Assembly (NCBI GenBank): GCA_964016885.1
Contig: OZ024741.1
Coordinates: 110,484,001 to 110,548,000 of the forward strand
From: Eledone cirrhosa
Taxonomy: Eukaryota
Direction of reading: 5' to 3'
Length of the DNA: 64,000 nt
The notes under the pieces were generated by a model, which saw only the letters and a program-made list of their open reading frames with translations, ran no database searches and was not told where the DNA came from. Both the position numbers and the translations under genes were made by a program. This document shows, one piece after another, positions 12,697 to 24,915 of the stretch. Each line of letters begins with the position of its first letter. Position 1 is the stretch's first letter.

Positions 12697-13198
12697 TATA
12701 TAATATATAATGTGGAAAGTGGTATATGTAAGTAGGCTAAAACAATGCAAAATCGACGGTCTCTGGATCACCATAGGCATAAGACCTCCACTAACACCTA
12801 TTTCAAGATAGTACCACACTTCACTGAAAACATAACCACAGCTATCCACAAGGAAGAACTTGACATATAACTAGCTCACTCCACCCCTTCACTGCGTGGA
12901 TACCTATCTGAAAAGCGATCCAGAAACAACAACAACAACCTCCTGCTTCTCGTGAATACTACAACAAATGTCAAACAACGCTTGAAAGCAGTTTATAAAT
13001 TTTTAATTTAAATCCAATTTCAAAGCAATGTTTTTCTCTGAGAGTTCCCTATACTCTGACAAAGGGAATTTTAAATCCCAAAATATTAGGATGAAAAAAC
13101 AAAGATTACCAGGTAACTAACTTTTTCTTTGCCTTCATCTTACCATCTATTTTGCATTGTTTTAGACTTCTTACATATATCACTTTCTACATTATATA
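12697..13198 (+). mobile_element. Penelope-like element remnant with ~60-bp terminal inversion and a decayed hammerhead
   Basis: 12697-12760 is the reverse complement of 13142-13198 plus 14347-14355; CTGACAA-AGGGA..TCCC-AAAATATTA at 13056-13088. Confidence 0.55.
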
Positions 13199-14346
13199 TC
13201 TATATATCTAAAACAGAGAATGTCTGTCCGATCACTAAAATTCGAGAACCACCCAACCGATTGTTTTCAAACTTTACACATGCAATACTTATGGTCCTGT
13301 GAGTGTTTTGAGCAGACAAAATTTCAAATTTTTAATGCCCTAGGGGCCGCATTAGGCGATTTAGCGATCTCTCGATCTCTCTCTCTTAGTTTTTCTCTTT
13401 TTAGATAGATACATAGATATAACGTTGCGCCCTTATAATATCTGTCTGTATGCCTGACTGTCTGCATTACGTCATTATGATGCAGTCAGTGTGTGTGTAT
13501 ATATGTATATATAGTGTGTGTGTATATATATATATATTCTTATGCCAGGGAACGTTTTCACGAACCAAAGTATCGTCTTCCTGTTTTCCTTCGGTTGCAA
13601 CGTTTTTCGAAATATTTACATCTGCGTTCACAGATTGATTTTTTTTTTAGTTTCAGAAGATCCCGTTAAGGGTGAAAGCAGCGATTCTTTGCTTAAACTT
13701 TAATATGTTATTTTAATATAGATATTCGTGTACAGATATTTTTGCATACACAAACAAAATATAAACAAAAAAGGTCGGCGATTACATAATCACATGCATC
13801 ACTGACAGATATTTTTGCATACACAAAAACATTTCGAAATATTTACTCCTGCGTTCACAGATTGATTTTTTTAGTTTCAGAAGATCCCGTTAAGGGTGAA
13901 AGCAGCGATTCTTTGCTTAAACTTTAATCTGTTATTTTAATATATATATATATATATATAGTGACGAAACATAAGTCAATTGCATGAACTCATAATCCTT
14001 TATTTACTGCTATATATATTTCGATGATAGCCATTGAATGGCTATGACCTCATCAGGCAGTTAGTCAGTTCTTAGATATGCCAGCTCTGTGTGTATAGTG
14101 TTGATGGTATCAGAGCCTTGGGACATATGAGCTTGTTAGGAATATTTTGATGTTGTCAGCCTTTATTATACATATATATTTATATATATATATATAATTA
14201 TATATTCGTGTACAGATATTTTTGCATACACAATAACAAAATATAAACAAACGTATTTATTTCACGAGGCTCGATAAGGATAAATATGTATAAAATATAT
14301 AAGAACCCTAGAGTAAATGCCGAGTAACGCCAGGCCATTCTGCTAG
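13199..14346 (+). mobile_element. Non-autonomous Helitron, copy 1 (internal duplication and nested insert)
   Basis: 5' TCTATATATCTAAAAC, 3' GCCGAGTAACGCCAGGCCATTCTGCTAG, inserted between A and T with no TSD; second copy at 27746-28367. Confidence 0.85.
14006..14061 (-). ncRNA. Type I hammerhead ribozyme (minimal, palindromic helix III)
   Basis: Minus strand: actgc CTGATGA ggtcatagcca-ttcaa-tggctatcatc GAAA tatata TA gcagt. Helix I 5 bp, helix II 10/11 bp, intact core. Confidence 0.8.
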
Positions 14347-15559
14347 TATTATATATTTGTTGTTATAGTTTAGTTCCGTGTCATGGCTGACTTGAAGGCT
14401 AAACAAACATAGGTCTGTTCAGTTACGGTTGAGCTAGGGTTAAACAATAATTATGTGTCTTATCTATGTCATAGTGTTCATCTTAAATTTACATAAACAG
14501 GTGTTTAAAATTTGTTTTTCTAAGATAATTCTTGTTGTTTAGCCCTAGGTCAGCTCATGATCAAAGATGTTCCAGTGGTGACCATCCAAATTTTGTATAT
14601 CCCAGACTACAGTTTCCAATGTGCTCTTTTTTAAAAGACGGTTTAGCTGCTATTTCTAGTGAAATCTAATGACCATGTAGAGGTTTCTTTCATATCTTAG
14701 ATAATTGTGTATGCGAGTGCTGCAATTGGTATTTTAGTAGCTTTAAACTGTTTAGTATCTATAAGTACATACACATATACACATACCAAGACTGGCTAAC
14801 ATTTCACAATACAACTATGGCATGACACCCTTTTCTTTGTCTTTTAAATAATATCTTTCTGACATTTCTGCTCTAATATTTATCACATTCACAAATCCAA
14901 TAGATGATTTCACTGGAAAACAATATAATTGCTCCAGATAGCTGACAATGAAGGGCATTCACACCTCCTTTCTGTGTTTAGTCTTCAGCTCGTGATGCAG
15001 GCAAGGTTACATTTTACAATTGAGTATAGTTGATAAAAGTTTCACAGACTGTTAGTTAGCTCCTACTGCACAAATGTTGTAGTGCACATTTGGTTTAATT
15101 CTACTTTAGGTAGAGTTAGTCTTAAGTCAATAGGTACAAATCTTTGTGGAGGAAGCTAACATGGATAGTCTAGCTTCTACTCCCGAAAAAAAAAATTGTC
15201 CATCATTTAATGTTATGGAATCTTCATCATCATCCCTATTTAACTTCTATTTTCCCTGCTTGTATCGGTTAGATGGGTTGTCATGTTATGAGACAAGTCA
15301 GATCTGATGACCATGTCTTTTTCATATAGATCTGTTCTTTGGCTCAGTTTCTATGGCTGGATGCCCTTCTTAATGTCAACCACATTATAGTGTTGACTCC
15401 TGTAGGCAAACATCAAGTTCATGGTTGTTCGAGCTTCTAGAAATAACAGCCACATAGTCCTCAAATCATATCTTAGCTTACAAAAGGAAGGATTCATATG
15501 ACCATGTAGTCTTAGATATACAGAATGAGATATTTGCAGATTGAATATTTTTGATCATA

Positions 15560-16025
15560 GGACTATTGGACATAGGACTATTGGACCAGAAGGGACTTGG
15601 GGCTAAACAACATCAACAACTATAGCCACTAATACTAACTACTGTTCTATACATTACATAATGTAGTCCTAGTTATTCACTAATAAATGATGGGATGGGG
15701 ATTGCTCGAACATTTTTAATCACATGTCTGCTAAATTAGAAGTGACCTTGTTCTAATCAACAACAATTATAGCCACTAATACTAACTACTATACTATATA
15801 CATTAGATAATGTAGATCTAGATACATTATGTCTGATAGCCACTAATACCAACTACTAAACTGTACATTACATAATGTAGTCCTAGATATACTATGTGTG
15901 AATGAACAAAGAGTTGATTACTGCTGGAACATCTTTAATCATATGTCTGCTGGAAGATGACTAACCTAGAGTTAAGCAACAATTATAGCTACTAATACTA
16001 ACTACTATATTTATATATTAGATAA
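15560..16025. repeat. Degenerate tandem array of a dispersed repeat tail
   Basis: Recurring tatagccactaatactaactact and tacattagataatgtagtcctagatac units. Confidence 0.7.
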
Positions 16026-16049
16026 AAAATAATATCTAAAGTCTGTCTC

Positions 16050-16315
16050 GAGCCTGGTGGCTGATAATGCCCGGTGCTTATCCTGGTTCCCTCAGCATTA
16101 AACAACTGAAAGTACAAGACTCTCCCCTGAACAGGACGTCAGTCCATCATGGGTTTCAAACCATGACTACTGCTGGTACTCATTTTCAGTTGAGTATACT
16201 GGAACAAAGTGAAATAAAGTTTTTTGTTCAAAAACACAACACACAACCTGGTCTAGGAATTGAATCCATGTGATTATGATTGTATGTTCAATACTCTAAC
16301 TACTAGGCTACACAC
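16050..16315 (-). mobile_element. tRNA-derived SINE (V-domain-like core)
   Basis: Reverse complement of the ..caagacactttatttcac..ctcagctg..aaatgagtacc core, as in 45410-45535 and 49820-49920. Confidence 0.6.
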
Positions 16316-17249
16316 CTTGTTAGATAATGCAGTTCTAAATACACTGCTTAAAAAAAAAAAAAAGCAGAATTGTCACTATTGAAACATTTTTAGTCATAGG
16401 TCTGTTGGATCAGGACTAATTGGCGATAGCAACAACAAACAAAAAATATCAACAGCTCATCATTGACACACCTTGAAAATTTAGCTTCTGCTGAAATTGA
16501 ACCTAGCACATCTCCTCTCCTCACTCATTTAGTCTGTGTTGTACCATGTTTAACCAACACCCAATGTTTTCTATTTGACCTCTAATGTGTCATAAATCAG
16601 AGCAAGTTTATTTAGATGGTAAGCAATGTGGTATGGTTTTCTTTTTAGCTACCATCTGATGTCTGAATCATTTCCAATATGAAGACACACCATGTCAAGC
16701 GGTGGTTGTGTGAGTAGGATTGAGCAATCTCAAACAACTGTTATTGTTACTAGCAGAAAAACCACCCTTTGGGTGGATTTCTGCTAGCATGTGTAGTGTG
16801 CATATTTATATTATACGCAAGTATATATGCATGTAGATATGATACATCAAATAAAATCGTAATTGATAATATACACAGAAATTGAACGGAGACTGCGTTA
16901 CACTCTCTTATGTAATCAGTAACGTAATCCATGATACATTAAAAAAAGACGATATTATTTATAAACTGCATTAGGAGAAAATTAGTGATGGAAATATATG
17001 AATGTTTATTTAAGCGATCGTCAACTGGCAGTGTTGATATTTGAAAATTTTAAACAAGTGAATCTTTAAATAAACAATAAAATATATTTAATCAACAGCT
17101 ACGAAATTTAGTAGATAAATCATGTAATATAAATTAATTATTTATTCAAAGTAATCCAACTTATTTTACTAACTGGATTAAAAGAAATAAACTGTACACA
17201 GTCCCACACTCCTTACTTTATTATAGTTTAGATTATTGTTTATAGTATC

Positions 17250-17930
17250 ACTAGAGTGTTGGACAACATGCTTTCTGGCATATAATGTCCATTTATGTTC
17301 TGTGTTCAAATCCCGCCGAGGTTAACTTTGCCTTTCATCGTTACAGGGTTGATAAATAAAGCACCAGTAATGCTCTGGGGTTGATTTTATCAATTTTCCC
17401 TTCCCCTTCACATTGCTGTCCCAGAAATAATTATTATTATTGTTTATATTATCAGTAGAGTGTTGGACAACATGCTTTCTGGCGTATAGTTATGTCCATT
17501 TACTTTCTGAGTTCAAATCCCGCCGAAGTTAGATTTGCCTTTCATCCTAATGGGGTCAATAAAATAAAGTACCAGGTCAGCTTTGCCTTTAATTTTTCCG
17601 GAGACGATTAAGTACCAGTCAAGTACTGGGGTCAATATAATTGACTTTCCCCTCCCCATAAATTTCAGGCCTTGTGCCTAGATAAGAAATCATTATCATT
17701 TATAAGGGCAGTCAGTGTATTGGCATAATTGGTAGGGCATTGGACAAAATACTTTGCAGTATTTAGTTATGGCTTTCTGAGTTCCAATCCCGCCAAGGTC
17801 AGCTTTGCCTTTCACCCTTACAGAGTCGATAAAATAACGTACCTGTAATACACTGGGGTCGAGTCAATCCACTCTCCCCCTCCCTTCAAATTGCTGGCTT
17901 TGTGCCAAAAGTAAAAAGAATTATTATTGT
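17250..17930 (+). mobile_element. Head-to-tail array of ~4 Meta/MESC-like SINEs
   Basis: Repeated gttcaaatcccgccgaggttaactttgcctttcatc..gataaaataaagtacc units separated by (ATT)n tails. Confidence 0.85.
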
Positions 17931-18479
17931 TGTTAACTAAACTAGATAATTTATTGGTATGTCATTGGCTAAAGCTAGTTCCTCCCATGGTTTTATGGGG
18001 AGATGAGGTTTTTGGATCATTATTATCTGGATCATTATTATCTGGAGTAAACAGGAGAAACAGTCTAAGACTAACAATATTCTTGGTTTACTATTTTTGA
18101 TGATCTACGTTTTTAATAAACATTTATCATTGCTACTGCCATCACTAACACAACTCTCACCAACATTATTATCATCATCTTTCTTACCAGCATCATCACC
18201 ACCATCTTCACTATCTTCATCTTCGCTATCACTATCTTCATCACCACCACCATTACTAATATCTTAAGTCTTTACCACTACCATGATTGCCTCCACATCC
18301 ACCACAATCAGAGGTATCTTCAATGCCAACAACACTACCACAACTGCTAATCTGACATTACAAGAATGGTGATTCAGGGGTGGGGTGGTTAGAGCTGGAT
18401 GTAGCTTCCTCGGCTATAGTGGTGTGATACCAGTATTTTAAGTTATGAGTGTGTGTATACACACACACACACACTAATA

Positions 18480-19260
18480 AATGTCAGCAAAAGTATAAAT
18501 GGATTATCTGTTGAAGCCTGAAGCCACCTTCAACAAGGCTGCATTGAATCACAGTGAGATGGTATCTTGTAGCTGATACCAAGAAATACTAAAGAATTCA
18601 CCAGCGTGATCAAGCCACAGACAAGAAAACTAAAAACTGTAGAAAAAGAAATCTTAGATCATGTAAACCACCTTACAACATTGATATAAACCAAGTTTGC
18701 AAAAAATTTCCTTTCCATAGAAAGTATTTCCCATATGGCCGTAAATTTCAGAAGCTGTTCAAAAGAAATAGCATTAAAGTAAACTACAACTGCACGGAAA
18801 CATGTCTAATGCTATCAAGAGCTGCAATGCAAAAATAATGTAATCAAATGTAGACCAAAAAGAACAGACATGTGATTGCTGAAGAATAAAGCCCTATCTA
18901 CTAGAGGGAAAATGTATAAAGGAAAGCATTTTATACCACACTTATGTCACTACTGGCAACAGAGTAACAAACTATATAGGGCCTACAGAACACAAAAGCT
19001 AATTCTATCATTACTACCTGAAAAATACCACAGTATTTTTAAAGCACATTTGGAGATAAAGGGGTATCACTAGTATCTTGGTGGTGGTATTAAATAAGTC
19101 CATATTTAAGAACAGATCAATCTCTGACTCAGAGAAACTCCACATCATCCACTGTCTTACCCTAATTTTAAATAAAAAGAACTTCTTCCTTGGGAATTTC
19201 ATAAAGGACTATTCTGATGTATAACAGATGAGAGGATGATCTACAGCACATAGAGATTAG
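18480..19260 (+). pseudogene. Penelope-like retroelement fragment (RT thumb, Cys linker, GIY-YIG), Naiad-like
   Basis: Frameshifted translation RKRN..KPPY..KYFP..KLFKRNSIKVNYNCT..TCDC..LEGKCIKESILY..NYIGPTE. Confidence 0.7.
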
Positions 19261-19422
19261 GTATTACTTTCCAATCCACTGCTATGTAAGTTGAAAGACT
19301 GAATGTAAGTTGAAAGACTGATGTTTAGGAGTGTGTAGTTTCTATTTCACATAAATTAACATATATTACACTGCTTACTTCCAACATAAAGTTGTATTGA
19401 ACACTTCTGTGTTTTTGTACTA

Positions 19423-19607
19423 TGAGGATCGGCTGAAAATTACAAAGGCCAAATGGAATGACCAAATGAGTTTTATTTTTCAACATTGTCCCTGGAAAGA
19501 AACAATGCAGTTATTAATAAGAAGAATTGAAATTAATACAGGCAATATTTCAAAGCATTAGTATCACTCCTTCACTGTCGGCCTATGAACTTTTCAGCTG
19601 ACCCTCT
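19423..19607. mobile_element. mariner-type MITE
   Basis: TA|TGAGGATCGGCTGAAAAT.. and ..ACTTTTCAGCTGACCCTCT|TA form a ~28-bp imperfect TIR with TA duplication. Confidence 0.75.
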
Positions 19608-19637
19608 TACTACGCAAGGAATTTGTGTATGTGTATA

Positions 19638-20000
19638 TCATCATCATCATTTTATGTCCACTTTTCAATGTTTGATTGGGTTGGATGGGTCTTTTCAAGC
19701 AGAGTATCCCAGCATTCATTGCAATCCTTTGTCTTCTGCCCCCTCCCCCCCCCCCTTTAAGTTCAGCGATTTGAGATCAGCTCTTACCATTTCTCTAGGT
19801 CGTTTTTGGTCTCCCTCTACCACAGCTTCCTTCAATTGGGATTTCTTTGTACTTCTTCACCCAACAATCATTATCCATATGTATCATATGTCCATACCAC
19901 AATCTTCTCTCCTGTACACTACATCTGATTCTGCTTATAGCCAGCTTTTCTCTTGGTTCATTCAGGCTTTGTCATTCACACACATCCATTGGGATGTCTA
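19638..20000 (-). mobile_element. Old RTE LINE 3' fragment
   Basis: Homologous to 48860-49220; (CAT)n tail. Confidence 0.75.
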
Positions 20001-20004
20001 TTTG

Positions 20005-20037
<33 letters not shown>

Positions 20038-21123
20038 AATATATATATATATATGTGTGTATATATATATATATATACGTAGATAAAACCGTTTTTGTAT
20101 GTTTGGGGAAAATTACAAATTAACATTAACGATGTTTAATATAAACAATATAAAACATAATATTCACCTAAGCACTAATTTAACATTGAAACAATAACAA
20201 CCAACTCACTGGGGGACTTAAACTGTGACTACCATGTGCCTGGTAACCTCCTTACTAATTACAACCATGCTGAGTTGATGGCTGCCCCTTCTATCTCAAA
20301 TTAGGTACATGTATACTGTTTAATATATATGTGTGATGTTTAAGATATATACATATAATGTTTAACATATGTATAATGCTTATATAGTCAAAGATACCGA
20401 GGTGTTTAAGAAGGCGAGATGCAAATGCACCCCAGGTATTTCACGCAAGATTTACAAAAACTGTTGTGGTGCTCTCAGAATGTTGGTGAGTCTATTGCAA
20501 TGAGCATGGATGAAAAGTGTGATACAGGACTGGTTTAGCTGAAGGTCTTGAAGGTTCCTTAAGAGAAGACGGTATCATCAATTTATCTGACCCATACAAA
20601 TAGCTGTCTTCAATGTTGAAGATAAGTTGTTTTATGGAGAATTAAAAAGTATACCAAGGGTTTTAGCATTGAATGAACATGAGATCATTTCAGAAATTGA
20701 ATGAATACAGGGACATCAGTTAAGAAAGCTGATGTTTTGGGGTTCCTAGGCTATCTTGAGCACGTCCAGATGATTTGGGGCTTCATTCAGTATGCTTAGA
20801 AGGAAAGAAATGATATCCAACTTGTCTGGTTTTACCTAGTAAATGCAGGTAAATCAGTTCCCTATGTACTGATATATAAAGCACTATTGAGAAGACCATA
20901 TGGAGTGGGCACATGAAAGGAAGGATCTAACATATGGAGGGCTGAGGGAATTATCTGAGGCACAAGAATAGCAGTGTACGGTAATTCTAATGTCATGGGT
21001 TTGTCATTAGAGCCATTGGGTTCTACCTGGCATGTATTAGACTGAAGACAGCAGAGCAGTAGTTCATGAACTGGAGAGGGAGGCAAAAAATGTTTTATTA
21101 TGGATTTATATACACACATACAT

Positions 21124-21204
<81 letters not shown>

Positions 21205-21290
21205 TGCGCATATGTACATACAGACATCCAAGCTGATCGATATTGAAACAATTAATATACAATAAAGTTTCATAAAAAGCTGCAAGTCTG

Positions 21291-21333
<43 letters not shown>

Positions 21334-21517
21334 GTAAGAGGGAGACTAAACAAAATATATAAGTTGTGAACAAAAGGTTTTGTGGGCATAGTACCAAATA
21401 TTACTATTTTGTTCCATAGTTAAATGTTTTGAATACACATATATATATTTTATGTATGAAATATGATTCCATGTCCTGTAATTATATACAATCTATACAC
21501 ACTTCTCTCTCTCTCTG

Positions 21518-21596
<79 letters not shown>

Positions 21597-22399
21597 GGTA
21601 TTTACATATATAGAATATATATATGTCCCTCCTTGTGTGATTATAGTCACACACACACATATGTATATAATTAGTACACAGATCTGCTAATTAAAAAGAC
21701 ATTAAGTGAATAGGATTATTATTATTATTAATATTATAATTATTATTTTTAATTTCCCACTACCAATTCCATTGCCAAGAGTATAATAAGTAATTAATAA
21801 ACTAATCAACACGTTTTTCAGCCACATCCCACTGTAGCCATATCACAAACATCTGTTCATTTACTCTGATTCAAACTATTAACTAATGCTTAACAGAAAT
21901 CTCCTGTTTAGTTTATTTATGTTCAGCTTCCAGTAGTATGGTATGGCCTACCTTGGGGTATATTTGCAACTGTTCAGCTGTCCTATAGGCCAGTTGTCCC
22001 AGTTATATATCAACATCATTATCATCATTAAATGTTTGTTTTCCCTGTTAGTAAGGGTTAGATGGGTTGCCACAGACCATGTCAGTACTTAATCAGAAGC
22101 TCAGACTGGCTCGAGGTTTGTATCTCATTTACATACATTCCCCACACTCTACAGGGTGCACTGGGCACATTTTATCATTACACCAGCACTAGGGAAGTTT
22201 TCATGTCTTTGATACAGCTGAAGAATCTCCTTGGCCCTTTGTTAGGCAAGTTTTCTAAGGCTGGAAACACTTTACAGGGTGTACTGGGTGTATTTTGTTG
22301 TCTTGTACCCTGGACACAAGTGAAGTGACCTCTTGAGTTTGTGTTAGGTAAGTTTTCAAATTTGAGACCACCTAATAGCACCAGTAATGAATGTTCTGA

Positions 22400-22665
22400 C
22401 AGGAAATGGAATGTGAGATGATTGAGTCACATGTTGAGGAAGAGTGAATGTGACTGGAGTGATAGAAATGAATGTGGAGGGAAGTGGAGGAAGATGAAGA
22501 CCTAGAAAGACATGGCTAAAGATGATGGAAGAGAACATGAAAGCGATAGGGTTGGTAAGAGGAGATGCAAGCGATAGCGAAAATGGAGAAACTTCTCATG
22601 GGACCTTCAAAGCTAACCCTTGCCTTAGCAGGGAATATGGCCTTAAAACGTTTATCGGCTGATGA
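22400..22665 (+). mobile_element. RTE LINE 3' end (distinct family)
   Basis: HMLRK..VEGSGGR*RPRKTW motif; tail cccttgccttagcaggg resembles the RTE terminal hairpin. Confidence 0.65.
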
Positions 22666-24321
22666 AGTCTCCCAAGAACCTGATTAATAAAAAAAAAATA
22701 GAAAAAGAACAGTTTAAAATCTAATACCAAAACTAATTAAATATAACCCTTTTGATACCAAACTACCTGAAACCACCCCTGTTACTACAATACAAAACTG
22801 TTATTTTTTAAGTTTTTATATTTATCTAAAATACTTACATCATAATTTTATGTAAGAACCTTTGTTAAGCTATGCTCCAAACACCAGCTTGATAATAAGG
22901 AAGTCAGTTATATTGCTGACTTTTGAGGTTACAGCAAGACAATCACAACAACAATAGTCACATCTATTAAGACAACTCCAACAAGACAACAACATCTATT
23001 AAAACAACAACAACAGATGCTTCTGTATAAAACTATCTAAAATAATTTATTTGTCTTTGATAGTGAGGCTACCATCTATTAATAACTTAGAATTTATTTT
23101 AATCCACTTTCCTTTTATACCATTGAGACACAAGTGTCCTTGGTTGCAGCACTGATGATTTCCTTCTTAAAATCAGAAAGACAGCAGCCCGTCTGAGGAA
23201 GGAGCCCCATGAGGGGGAGTAACTGTTGTAGCAGGTATACAGCACTACCTTTGCCTTTTTATCCATGGGGCACAGTTGAAACAGTGCTCAATATGATGTG
23301 TATAGCATGTCGCCCCCTCTCCCTCTTCTTTTTGTTTGTTGCTTAATTCCCATTTATTTTATTTTATTATTTTTCTCTATTTGTTTCCTTATTGCTCAGT
23401 ATAAAAAGCCAAAACACTTGCTTGATGGGAGTTTCTTCTCTGAAGACCTGCTGTCCAACTGTCCTGAGAGTTTTTTTTGCTACTGGATATTTTATATCGT
23501 AATAAATTCTATGTTCTAAAATAATTATGACAAGACCCAGTTTTTCATCTCTAAATATTTACAACTGACCTGTTAAATGTCATATCATCAACATCATTGG
23601 TATGGATTTATTTCCATAAAAATACAGTCATATCCTACCATACCCTCCCTGCCTACCATCTTACTGGCTCTTGTAACATTTACACAACGCACACTCATAT
23701 ACATACATTCACACAACGCACACTCATATACATACATTCACACACTTACACATTAACATATACTCCCACACATGCACACAAACATGCATACTCACACAAA
23801 CATACTTGCTCATACTCAGACACACACACACTACCCAGCTCTAACATAAACACTCACACAAATATACAGAAACATACACTAACATACTCATCATTTTCAC
23901 ATACTGACTCACACTGTGATTATCATACACACATTCTTACACTACCCCCCCCCCCCCCCACACACAAAAACACAATATTGTTTATATTTGTGTTTGTTTT
24001 TTTATGCTTGTTTTTTTTTGTTTTTAACTTCAAAACCCATATATAACAGCTGGGTGTTGTTGACAGTGTAATCCCAATGTGTGGTGTGGTAGTGAGGACA
24101 TGTCATGTTTATATATCTTGGACTTTCTCATCATTAAGCTGATTTTTTTTAACATAACATAATGATTATTACATAAAATTATGATGGAAGCTTTTTACAT
24201 AAATATAAACATGTTAACCCTTTCATTACCATGTTTTTGATGAAAGACTAAGATTTTCAAAAAATTCTGAAAATAATCAAGAATTAGGAGAGATTTATTA
24301 CTATAACTAACTTTCATTATA

Positions 24322-24915
24322 GAGGCGGTGGATTGGCAGTATCGGTAGAGGGTCGGACGCCATGCTTTGATGCAAAGAGTTACGGCCCTTTCCATTCTGA
24401 GTTCAAATCCCGCCGAGGTTAACTTTGTCTTTCATCCTTACGGGGGTCGATAAAATAAAGTACCAGTAATACACTGGGTATTTGCTGGCCTTGTGCCAAA
24501 AGTAGAAACAATTATAGAGGGTGGTGAATTGGCAGTATCGGTAGAGGGTCGGACGCCATGCTTTGACGCATAGAGTTACGGCCCTTGCCATTCTGAGTTC
24601 AAACCCGCCGAGGTTAACTTTGCCTTTCATCCTTACGGGGTCGATAAAATAAAGTACCAGTAATGTACTGGGGATTTGCTGGCCTTGTGCCAAAAAGTAG
24701 AAACAATTATTAAGCTTGTGTGGTGGTGTATTGGCAGTATCGGTAGAGGGTCGGATGCTATGCTTTGCAGCAAAGAGTTACGGCCCTTTATGATCTGAGT
24801 TCAAATCCCGCCAAGGTTAACTTTGTCTTTCATCCTTACGGGGGTCGATAAAATAAAGCACCAGTAATGCACTGGGATAATTGCTGGCCTTGTGCCAAAA
24901 GTAGAAATAATTATT
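24322..24915 (+). mobile_element. Tandem trimer of a young Meta/MESC-like SINE inside a family-2 piggyBac-type MITE
   Basis: Three ~195-bp near-identical units (ggcagtatcggtagagggtcggacgccatg...gtagaaacaattat); MITE sequence resumes as aagctggtgtttggaac. Confidence 0.88.

Noticed and set aside
20390-21090. Possible LTR-retrotransposon pol remnant or host exon (VLGFLGY-like word)
   Set aside because: Too many stops and no second confirming motif; needs BLASTX
22655-22685. CTGATGA as a hammerhead core
   Set aside because: No stem II/GAAA partner; it is the (TGA) tail of an RTE end
23300-23531. Possible solo LTR (TGT..TATAAAA..AATAAA..TGACA)
   Set aside because: No target-site duplication, primer-binding site or second copy; the motifs could be chance
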